From assembly GCA_964035545.1 (NCBI GenBank), contig CAXIUT010000103.1:496001-560000 (forward strand): 64,000 nt of DNA, in the 5' to 3' direction. The notes under the pieces are model-generated. The model ran no database searches. It worked only from the letters and a program-made list of their open reading frames with translations, and was not told where the DNA came from. Position 1 is the stretch's first letter. Each line of letters begins with the position of its first letter. The DNA is from Bugula neritina (taxonomy: Eukaryota > Animalia > Bryozoa). Both the position numbers and the translations under genes were made by a program. Shown here one piece after another: positions 1 to 11,600 of the stretch.

Positions 1-107
1 ACACATGCAAGTGATGAGTTTGGAGATATTATTTAAAACTACAAAAGTTTCCATGCCGCGTGTAAATCAAAAGTGGACAAGTGCTGCAAACACCTCTTTT
101 CATAGAA

Positions 108-367
108 TGACTCAGTTATTTCTCATATGTTTGCAAAGGCATCTAAAATTAGTTATTGCTCTAGCAAAATATAACACTGTGAAATGGCGCTGCAGATGAG
201 CTTTCTCTTTTAATATGAAAACTGATGATTGAAGAGCAATATAGTCTACTAATAAAATGGGTTTCAGCAGTGACTCATCTCCACTGCCTGTAAACTATAA
301 AGCTTCAAATCGTATACTGTAGGCCCATGGTCCAACTCTAAAACAATAACACATTTCACATGAGTCA
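108..367. promoter_or_regulatory. Cluster of three AP-1-type TGA(C/G)TCA motifs, repeated in each monomer (motif match only)
   Basis: TGACTCA at 108-114, TGACTCA at 271-277 and TGAGTCA at 361-367. There is no evidence of binding. Confidence 0.35.
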
Positions 368-1660
368 GGATTACTGGTTGTTAGAAGGGACAGGGGGGCA
401 GGAGAGGGGAGGGGAAAATAAAACATCTAAATTTAATAGTAAAGGCGGGTGTACAATGCAAAGGTCTTCCAGCATCACTGGTATTTCCATAATAACTGCA
501 AGGCCAAACTTTTGCTGATGGACAATCAGACAGAAAAACTCTTACAAATAACAAAACTAATATTAGCCTGTGTCTGCTTCGTATAAACACAAAGAACAAA
601 ATTTTGGGAAAGATAACTCCCAACACACCTATCTTGCAACTGGTGCTGGTGCAATGAAATTGAAGGGTTATGTTTCATAGTCATATATTCAGCTAGTACT
701 TCTAACTAGAAAAAAATAACATTGCCGGAAAAGTTGAAGAGGTGAAGCACTGTAGAGTTATGGCAAGTTAGATTCTCTATATGATATTATTTATCTGTCA
801 AGAAAATATTATATTAGATTTTATTCTACTCACTAGTACCAACAATGAATATTTTATCATTGTTTATGGCAGTCGTGAATCTCAACAATGAATAATAATA
901 ATACGCATTGTCAATTTTCACAAAGTAGCAGTTTTCAGTCAGCCCTCTCTAGTTCAAGATGGGCATCACTATACACACAAGAGTTAAGAACTTTAATGAG
1001 TCCTGTCAGGTAACCAGCTCATGAAGTCTACACAGTTTGGTTGCAGACGTTTGCATTTGACATTAGGACTAAAGTGTTCACTACATGGAGACTTCAACTT
1101 CAATTGTTAATCAACTTGTTTTGGATCTACTTGTCACATCTGGCTTACTCTCTCTGGTAGGTTTATTTCATTAACTTTCTAGACTGATTTTCTTAACTTT
1201 CTGAAGAGTTTGTTGTGATGCGAAATATATTACCAAATATCTCATGGCAACGTGCCAATACATTTAACACAGTAATTAAGCACTGGTGTCTTTGAAGCAG
1301 GCATCAAGTTTTGCATAAAAAAATTTATCAAGTATCTAAACACATGCAAGTGATGAGTTTGGAGATATTATTTAAAACTACAAAAGTTTCCATGCTGCTT
1401 GTAAATCAAAAGTGGACAATTGCTGCAAACACCTCTTTTCATAGAATGACTCAGTTATTTCTCATATGTTTGCAAAGGCATCTAAAATTAGTTATTGCTC
1501 TAGCAAAATATAACACTGTGAAATGGCGCTGCAGATGAGCTTTCTCTTTTAATATGAAAACTGATGATTGAAGAGCAATATAGTCTACTAATAAAATGGG
1601 TTTCAGCAGTGACTCATCTCCACTGCCTGTAAACTATAAAGCTTCAAATCGTATACTGTA

Positions 1661-1672
1661 GGCCCATGGGCC
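1661..1672. other. Perfect 12-bp palindrome GGCCCATGGGCC, present in most monomers (example)
   Basis: Self-reverse-complementary. Variants ggcccatggtcc (B-type units) and gacccatgggcc (23119, 25799, 27142, 28484) also occur. Confidence 0.85.
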
Positions 1673-2699
1673 AACTCTAGAACAATAACACAATTCACAT
1701 GAGTCAGGATTGCTGGTTGTTAGAGGGGGCAGGGGGCAGGAGAGGGGATGGGAAAATAAAACATCTAAATTCAATAGTAAAGGCGGGTGTACAATGCAAA
1801 GGTCTTCCAGCAGCACTGGTATTTCCATAATAACTGCAGGGCGCAAACTTTTGCTGATGGACAATCAGACAGAAAAACTCTTGCAAATAACAAAACTAAT
1901 ATTAGCCTGTGTCTGCTTCGTATAAATGCCAAGAGCAAAATTATAGGAAAGATAACTCCCAACACACCTATCTTGCAACTGGTGCTGGTGCAATGAAATT
2001 GAAGGGTTATGTTTCATAGTCATATATTCAGCTAGTACTTCTAACTGCAAAGAAATAACATTGCAGAAAAAGGTGAAGATGTGAAGCACTGTAGATTTAT
2101 GGTAAGTTATAATATGCATTTGATATTACTTATCTGTCCAGAAAATAATATTATATTATATTTTATTCTACTCAGTAGTACCAACAATGAATATTTTATC
2201 ATTGTTTATGGCAATCGTGAATCTCAACAATGAATAATAATAATGTGCATTGTCAATTTTCACAAAATAGCAGTCTTCAGTCAGCCCTCTCTGGTACAAG
2301 ATGGGCATCAATATACACACAAAAGTTAAGAACTTTAATGAGTCCTGTCAGGTAACCAGCTCATGAAGTCTACACAGTTTGGTTGCAGACGTTTGCATTT
2401 GACATTAGGACTAAAGTGTTCACTACATGGAGACTTCAACTTCAATTGTTAATCAACTTGTTTTGGATCTACTTGTCACATCTGGCTTACTCTCTCTGGT
2501 AGGTTTATTTCATTAACTTTCTAGACTGATTTTCTTAACTTTCTGAAGAGTTTGTTGTGATGCGAAATATATTGCCAAATATCTCATGGCAACGTGCCAA
2601 TACAGTTAACACAGTAATTAAGCACTGGTGTCTTTGAAGCAGGCATCAAGTTATGCATAAAAATGTTCATCAAGTATCTAAACACATGCAAGTGATGAG

Positions 2700-5600
2700 T
2701 TTGGAGATATTATTTAAAACTACAAAAGTTTCCATGCCGCGTGTAAATCAAAAGTGGACAAGTGCTGCAAACACCTCTTTTCATAGAATGACTCAGTTAT
2801 TTCTCATATGTTTGCAAAGGCATCTAAAATTAGTTATTGCTCTAGCAAAATATAACACTGTGAAATGGCGCTGCAGATGAGCTTTCTCTTTTAATATGAA
2901 AACTGATGATTGAAGAGCAATATAGTCTACTAATAAAATGGGTTTCAGCAGTGACTCATCTCCACTGCCTGTAAACTATAAAGCTTCAAATCGTATACTG
3001 TAGGCCCATGGGCCAACTCTAGAACAATAACACAATTCACATGAGTCAGGATTGCTGGTTGTTAGAGGGGACAGGGGGGGCAGGAGATGGGATGGGAAAA
3101 TAAAACATCTAAACTCAATAGTAAAAGCGGGTGTACAATGCAAAGGTCTTCCAGCATCACTGGTTTTTCCATAATAACTGCAAGGCGCAAACTTTTGCTG
3201 ATGGACAATCAGACAGCAAAACTCTTGCAAATAACAAAACTAATATTAGTCTGTGTCTGCTTCGTATAAACACCAAGAACAAAATTTTGGGAAAGATAAC
3301 TCCCAACACACCTATCTTGCAACTGGTGCTGGTGCAATGAAATTGAAGGGTTATGTTTCATAGTCATATATTCAGCTAGTACTTCTAACTGCAAAGAAAT
3401 AACATTGCAGAAAAAGGTGAAGATGTGAAGCACTGTAGATTTATGGTAAGTTATAATATGCATTTGATATTATTTATCTGTCCAGAAAATAATATTATAT
3501 TATATTTTATTCTACTCAGTAGTACCAACAATGAATATTTTATCATTGTGTATGGCAGTCGTGAATCTCAACAATGAATAATAATAATATGCATTGTCAA
3601 TTTTCACAAAGTAGCAGTCTTCAGTCAGCCCTCTCTGGTTCAAGATGGGCATCACTATACACACAAGAGTCAAGAACTTTAATGAGTCCTGTCAGCTAAC
3701 CAGCTCATGAAGTCTACACAGTTTGGTTGCAGACGTTTGCATTTGACATTAGGACTAAAGTGTTGACTACATGGAGATTTCAACTTCAGTTGTTAATCAA
3801 CTTGTTTTGGATCTACTTGTTACATCTGGCTTACTCTTTCTGGTAGGTTTATTTCATTAACTTTCTAGACTGATTTTCTTAACTTTCTGAAGAGTTTGTT
3901 GTGATGCGAAATATTACCAAATATCTCATGGCAACGTGCCAATACATTTAACACAGTAACGAAGCACTGGTGTCTTTGAAGCAGGCATCAAGTTATGCAT
4001 AAGAATTTTCATCAAGTATCTAAACACATGCAAGTGATGAGTTTGGAGATATTATTTAAAACTACAAAAGTTTCCATGCCGCGTGTAAATCAAAAGTGGA
4101 CAAGTGCTGCAAACACCTCTTTTCATAGAATGACTCAGTTATTTCTCATATGTTTGCAAAGGCATCTAAAATTAGTTATTGCTCTAGCAAAATATAACAC
4201 TGTGAAATGGCGCTGCAGATGAGCTTTCTCTTTTAATATGAAAACTGATGATTGAAGAGCAATATAGTCTACTAATAAAATGGGTTTCAGCAGTGACTCA
4301 TCTCCACTGCCTGTAAACTATAAAGCTTCAAATCGTATACTGTAGGCCCATGGGCCAACTCTAGAACAATAACACAATTCACATGAGTCAGGATTGCTGG
4401 TTGTTAGAGGGGACAGGGGGGGCAGGAGATGGGATGGGAAAATAAAACATCTAAACTCAATAGTAAAAGCGGGTGTACAATGCAAAGGTCTTCCAGCATC
4501 ACTGGTTTTTCCATAATAACTGCAAGGCGCAAACTTTTGCTGATGGACAATCAGACAGCAAAACTCTTGCAAATAACAAAACCAATATTAGTCTGTGTCT
4601 GCTTCGTATAAACACCAAGAACAAAATTTTGGGAAAGATAACTCCCAACACACCTATCTTGCAACTGGTGCTGGTGCAATGAAATTGAAGGGTTATGTTT
4701 CGTAGTCATATATTCAGCTAGTACTTCTAACTGCAAAGAAATAACATTGCAGAAAAAGGTGAAGATGTGAAGCACTGTAGATTTATGGTAAGTTATAATA
4801 TGCATTTGATATTATTTATCTGTCCAGAAAATAATATTATATTATATTTTATTCTACTCAGTAGTACCAACAATGAATATTTTATCATTGTGTATGGCAG
4901 TCGTGAATCTCAACAATGAATAATAATAATATGCATTGTCAATTTTCACAAAGTAGCAGTCTTCAGTCAGCCCTCTCTGGTTCAAGATGGGCATCACTAT
5001 ACACACAAGAGTCAAGAACTTTAATGAGTCCTGTCAGCTAACCAGCTCATGAAGTCTACACAGTTTGGTTGCAGACGTTTGCATTTGACATTAGGACTAA
5101 AGTGTTGACTACATGGAGATTTCAACTTCAGTTGTTAATCAACTTGTTTTGGATCTACTTGTTACATCTGGCTTACTCTTTCTGGTAGGTTTATTTCATT
5201 AACTTTCTAGACTGATTTTCTTAACTTTCTGAAGAGTTTGTTGTGATGCGAAATATTACCAAATATCTCATGGCAACGTGCCAATACATTTAACACAGTA
5301 ACGAAGCACTGGTGTCTTTGAAGCAGGCATCAAGTTATGCATAAGAATTTTCATCAAGTATCTAAACACATGCAAGTGATGAGTTTGGAGATATTATTTA
5401 AAACTACAAAAGTTTCCATGCCGCGTGTAAATCAAAAGTGGACAAGTGCTGCAAACACCTCTTTTCATAGAATGACTCAGTTATTTTTCATATGTTTGCA
5501 AAGGCATCTAAAATTAGTTATTGCTCTAGCAAAATATAACACTGTGAAATGGCGCTGCAGATGAGCTTTCTCTTTTAATATGAAAACTGATGATTGAAGA

Positions 5601-8600
5601 GCAATATAGTCTACTAATAAAATGGGTTTCAGCAGTGACTCATCTCCACTGCCTGTAAACTATAAAGCTTCAAATCGTATACTGTAGGCCCATGGGCCAA
5701 CTCTAGAACAATAACACAATTCACATGAGTCAGGATTGCTGGTTGTTAGAGGGGACAGGGGGGGCAGGAGATGGGATGGGAAAATAAAACATCTAAACTC
5801 AATAGTAAAAGCGGGTGTACAATGCAAAGGTCTTCCAGCATCACTGGTTTTTCCATAATAACTGCAAGGCGCAAACTTTTGCTGATGGACAATCAGACAG
5901 CAAAACTCTTGCAAATAACAAAACTAATATTAGTCTGTGTCTGCTTCGTATAAACACCAAGAACAAAATTTTGGGAAAGATAACTCCCAACACACCTATC
6001 TTGCAACTGGTGCTGGTGCAATGAAATTGAAGGGTTATGTTTCATAGTCATATATTCAGCTAGTACTTCTAACTGCAAAGAAATAACATTGCAGAAAAAG
6101 GTGAAGATGTGAAGCACTGTAGATTTATGGTAAGTTATAATATGCATTTGATATTATTTATCTGTCAAGAAAATATTATATTATATTTTATTCTACTCAG
6201 TAGTACCAACAATGAATATTTTATCATTGTGTATGGCAGTCGTGAATCTCAACAATGAATAATAATAATATGCATTGTCAATTTTCACAAAGTAGCAGTC
6301 TTCAGTCAGCCCTCTCTGGTTCAAGATGGGCATCACTATACACACAAGAGTCAAGAACTTTAATGAGTCCTGTCAGCTAACCAGCTCATGAAGTCTACAC
6401 AGTTTGGTTGCAGACGTTTGCATTTGACATTAGGACTAAAGTGTTGACGACATGGAGATTTCAACTTCAGTTGTTAATCAACTTGTTTTGGATCTACTTG
6501 TTACATCTGGCTTACTCTTTCTGGTAGGTTTATTTCATTAACTTTCTAGACTGATTTTCTTAACTTTCTGAAGAGTTTGTTGTGATGCGAAATATTACCA
6601 AATATCTCATGGCAACGTGCCAATACATTTAACACAGTAACGAAGCACTGGTGTCTTTGAAGCAGGCATCAAGTTATGCATAAGAATTTTCATCAAGTAT
6701 CTAAACACATGCAAGTGATGAGTTTGGAGATATTATTTAAAACTACAAAAGTTTCCATGCCGCGTGTAAATCAAAAGTGGACAAGTGCTGCAAACACCTC
6801 TTTTCATAGAATGACTCAGTTATTTCTCATATGTTTGCAAAGGCATCTAAAATTAGTTATTGCTCTAGCAAAATATAACACTGTGAAATGGCGCTGCAGA
6901 TGAGCTTTCTCTTTTAATATGAAAACTGATGATTGAAGAGCAATATAGTCTACTAATAAAATGGGTTTCAGCAGTGACTCATCTCCACTGCCTGTAAACT
7001 ATAAAGCTTCAAATCGTATACTGTAGGCCCATGGGCCAACTCTAGAACAATAACACAATTCACATGAGTCAGGATTGCTGGTTGTTAGAGGGGACAGGGG
7101 GGGCAGGAGATGGGATGGGAAAATAAAACATCTAAACTCAATAGTAAAAGCGGGTGTACAATGCAAAGGTCTTCCAGCATCACTGGTTTTTCCATAATAA
7201 CTGCAAGGCGCAAACTTTTGCTGATGGACAATCAGACAGCAAAACTCTTGCAAATAACAAAACTAATATTAGTCTGTGTCTGCTTCGTATAAACACCAAG
7301 AACAAAATTTTGAGAAAGATAACTCCCAACACACCTATCTTGCAACTGGTGCTGGTGCAATGAAATTGAAGGGTTATGTTTCATAGTCATATATTCAGCT
7401 AGTACTTCTAACTGCAAAGAAATAACATTGCAGAAAAAGGTGAAGATGTGAAGCACTGTAGATTTATGGTAAGTTATAATATGCATTTGATATTATTTAT
7501 CTGTCCAGAAAATAATATTATATTATATTTTATTCTACTCAGTAGTACCAACAATGAATATTTTATCATTGTGTATGGCAGTCGTGAATCTCAACAATGA
7601 ATAATAATAATATGCATTGTCAATTTTCACAAAGTAGCAGTCTTCAGTCAGCCCTCTCTGGTTCAAGATGGGCATCACTATACACACAAGAGTCAAGAAC
7701 TTTAATGAGTCCTGTCAGCTAACCAGCTCATGAAGTCTACACAGTTTGGTTGCAGACGTTTGCATTTGACATTAGGACTAAAGTGTTGACTACATGGAGA
7801 TTTCAACTTCAGTTGTTAATCAACTTGTTTTGGATCTACTTGTTACATCTGGCTTACTCTTTCTGGTAGGTTTATTTCATTAACTTTCTAGACTGATTTT
7901 CTTAACTTTCTGAAGAGTTTGTTGTGATGCGAAATATCACCAAATATCTCATGGCAACGTGCCAATACATTTAACACAGTAACGAAGCACTGGTGTCTTT
8001 GAAGCAGGCATCAAGTTATGCATAAGAATTTTCATCAAGTATCTAAACACATGCAAGTGATGAGTTTGGAGATATTATTTAAAACTACAAAAGTTTCCAT
8101 GCCGCGTGTAAATCAAAAGTGGACAAGTGCTGCAAACACCTCTTTTCATAGAATGACTCAGTTATTTCTCATATGTTTGCAAAGGCATCTAAAATTAGTT
8201 ATTGCTCTAGCAAAATATAACACTGTGAAATGGCGCTGCAGATGAGCTTTCTCTTTTAATATGAAAACTGATGATTGAAGAGCAATATAGTCTACTAATA
8301 AAATGGGTTTCAGCAGTGACTCATCTCCACTGCCTGTAAACTATAAAGCTTCAAATCGTATACTGTAGGCCCATGGGCCAACTCTAGAACAATAACACAA
8401 TTCACATGAGTCAGGATTGCTGGTTGTTAGAGGGGACAGGGGGGGCAGGAGATGGGATGGGAAAATAAAACATCTAAACTCAATAGTAAAAGCGGGTGTA
8501 CAATGCAAAGGTCTTCCAGCATCACTGGTTTTTCCATAATAACTGCAAGGCGCAAACTTTTGCTGATGGACAATCAGACAGCAAAACTCTTGCAAATAAC

Positions 8601-11600
8601 AAAACTAATATTAGTCTGTGTCTGCTTCGTATAAACACCAAGAACAAAATTTTGGGAAAGATAACTCCCAACACACCTATCTTGCAACTGGTGCTGGTGC
8701 AATGAAATTGAAGGGTTATGTTTCATAGTCATATATTCAGCTAGTACTTCTAACTGCAAAGAAATAACATTGCAGAAAAAGGTGAAGATGTGAAGCACTG
8801 TAGATTTATGGTAAGTTATAATATGCATTTGATATTATTTATCTGTCCAGAAAATAATATTATATTATATTTTATTCTACTCAGTAGTACCAACAATGAA
8901 TATTTTATCATTGTGTATGGCAGTCGTGAATCTCAACAATGAATAATAATAATATGCATTGTCAATTTTCACAAAGTAGCAGTCTTCAGTCAGCCCTCTC
9001 TGGTTCAAGATGGGCATCACTATACACACAAGAGTCAAGAACTTTAATGAGTCCTGTCAGCTAACCAGCTCATGAAGTCTACACAGTTTGGTTGCAGACG
9101 TTTGCATTTGACATTAGGACTAAAGTGTTGACTACATGGAGATTTCAACTTCAGTTGTTAATCAACTTGTTTTGGATCTACTTGTTACATCTGGCTTACT
9201 CTTTCTGGTAGGTTTATTTCATTAACTTTCTAGACTGATTTTCTTAACTTTCTGAAGAGTTTGTTGTGATGCGAAATATTACCAAATATCTCATGGCAAC
9301 GTGCCAATACATTTAACACAGTAACGAAGCACTGGTGTCTTTGAAGCAGGCATCAAGTTATGCATAAGAATTTTCATCAAGTATCTAAACACATGCAAGT
9401 GATGAGTTTGGAGATATTATTTAAAACTACAAAAGTTTCCATGCCGCGTGTAAATCAAAAGTGGACAAGTGCTGCAAACACCTCTTTTCATAGAATGACT
9501 CAGTTATTTCTCATATGTTTGCAAAGGCATCTAAAATTAGTTATTGCTCTAGCAAAATATAACACTGTGAAATGGCGCTGCAGATGAGCTTTCTCTTTTA
9601 ATATGAAAACTGATGATTGAAGAGCAATATAGTCTACTAATAAAATGGGTTTCAGCAGTGACTCATCTCCACTGCCTGTAAACTATAAAGCTTCAAATCG
9701 TATACTGTAGGCCCATGGGCCAACTCTAGAACAATAACACAATTCACATGAGTCAGGATTGCTGGTTGTTAGAGGGGACAGGGGGGGCAGGAGATGGGAT
9801 GGGAAAATAAAACATCTAAACTCAATAGTAAAAGCGGGTGTACAATGCAAAGGTCTTCCAGCATCACTGGTTTTTCCATAATAACTGCAAGGCGCAAACT
9901 TTTGCTGATGGACAATCAGACAGCAAAACTCTTGCAAATAACAAAACCAATATTAGTCTGTGTCTGCTTCGTATAAACACCAAGAACAAAATTTTGGGAA
10001 AGATAACTCCCAACACACCTATCTTGCAACTGGTGCTGGTGCAATGAAATTGAAGGGTTATGTTTCATAGTCATATATTCAGCTAGTACTTCTAACTGCA
10101 AAGAAATAACATTGCAGAAAAAGGTGAAGATGTGAAGCACTGTAGATTTATGGTAAGTTATAATATGCATTTGATATTATTTATCTGTCCAGAAAATAAT
10201 ATTATATTATATTTTATTCTACTCAGTAGTACCAACAATGAATATTTTATCATTGTGTATGGCAGTCGTGAATCTCAACAATGAATAATAATAATATGCA
10301 TTGTCAATTTTCACAAAGTAGCAGTCTTCAGTCAGCCCTCTCTGGTTCAAGATGGGCATCACTATACACACAAGAGTCAAGAACTTTAATGAGTCCTGTC
10401 AGCTAACCAGCTCATGAAGTCTACACAGTTTGGTTGCAGACGTTTGCATTTGACATTAGGACTAAAGTGTTGACTACATGGAGATTTCAACTTCAGTTGT
10501 TAATCAACTTGTTTTGGATCTACTTGTTACATCTGGCTTACTCTCTCTGGTAGGTTTATTTCATTAACTTTCTAGACTGATTTTCTTAACTTTCTGAAGA
10601 GTTTGTTGTGATGCGAAATATTACCAAATATCTCATGGCAACGTGCCAATACATTTAACACAGTAACGAAGCACTGGTGTCTTTGAAGCAGGCATCAAGT
10701 TATGCATAAGAATTTTCATCAAGTATCTAAACACATGCAAGTGATGAGTTTGGAGATATTATTTAAAACTACAAAAGTTTCCATGCCGCGTGTAAATCAA
10801 AAGTGGACAAGTGCTGCAAACACCTCTTTTCATAGAATGACTCAGTTATTTTTCATATGTTTGCAAAGGCATCTAAAATTAGTTATTGCTCTAGCAAAAT
10901 ATAACACTGTGAAATGGCGCTGCAGATGAGCTTTCTCTTTTAATATGAAAACTGATGATTGAAGAGCAATATAGTCTACTAATAAAATGGGTTTCAGCAG
11001 TGACTCATCTCCACTGCCTGTAAACTATAAAGCTTCAAATCGTATACTGTAGGCCCATGGGCCAACTCTAGAACAATAACACAATTCACATGAGTCAGGA
11101 TTGCTGGTTGTTAGAGGGGACAGGGGGGGCAGGAGAGGGGATGGGAAAATAAAACATCTAAACTCAATAGTAAAAGCGGGTGTACAATGCAAAGGTCTTC
11201 CAGCATCACTGGTTTTTCCATAATAACTGCAAGGCGCAAACTTTTGCTGATGGACAATCAGACAGCAAAACTCTTGCAAATAACAAAACTAATATTAGTC
11301 TGTGTCTGCTTCGTATAAACACCAAGAACAAAATTTTGGGAAAGATAACTCCCAACACACCTATCTTGCAACTGGTGCTGGTGCAATGAAATTGAAGGGT
11401 TATGTTTCATAGTCATATATTCAGCTAGTACTTCTAACTGCAAAGAAATAACATTGCAGAAAAAGGTGAAGATGTGAAGCACTGTAGATTTATGGTAAGT
11501 TATAATATGCATTTGATATTATTTATCTGTCAAGAAAATATTATATTATATTTTATTCTACTCAGTAGTACCAACAATGAATATTTTATCATTGTGTATG

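Noticed and set aside
11-228. C-box (GTGATGA) and CTGA motifs suggesting a C/D snoRNA array
   Set aside because: The nearest CTGA is ~200 nt away, with no terminal stem or recognisable guide sequence.
268-288. gcagtg-actcatctc-cactgc stem-loop as a terminator or pre-miRNA
   Set aside because: The stem is only 6 bp with no U-tract, is far too short for a pre-miRNA, and is weakened by no supporting context.
577-593. cttcgtataaac… as a CENP-B box
   Set aside because: It lacks the essential CGGG of TTCGNNNNANNCGGG.
840-894. 12-bp direct repeat caacaatgaata (840-851, 883-894) and SOX-like AACAAT motifs
   Set aside because: There are only two copies in very AT-rich sequence. This is not a CRISPR or a sub-repeat periodicity, and is compatible with local slippage.
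1661-1680. Palindrome followed by CTAG resembling a Helitron 3' end
   Set aside because: The spacer is only 4 nt, CTAG is not followed by T or by a TC start as in tandem Helitrons, and it is mutated in B units.
2099-2107. Consensus splice donor ATG|GTAAGT in most monomers
   Set aside because: It is a single short motif with no convincing paired acceptor or coding exon, and it is changed to GCAAGT in B units.
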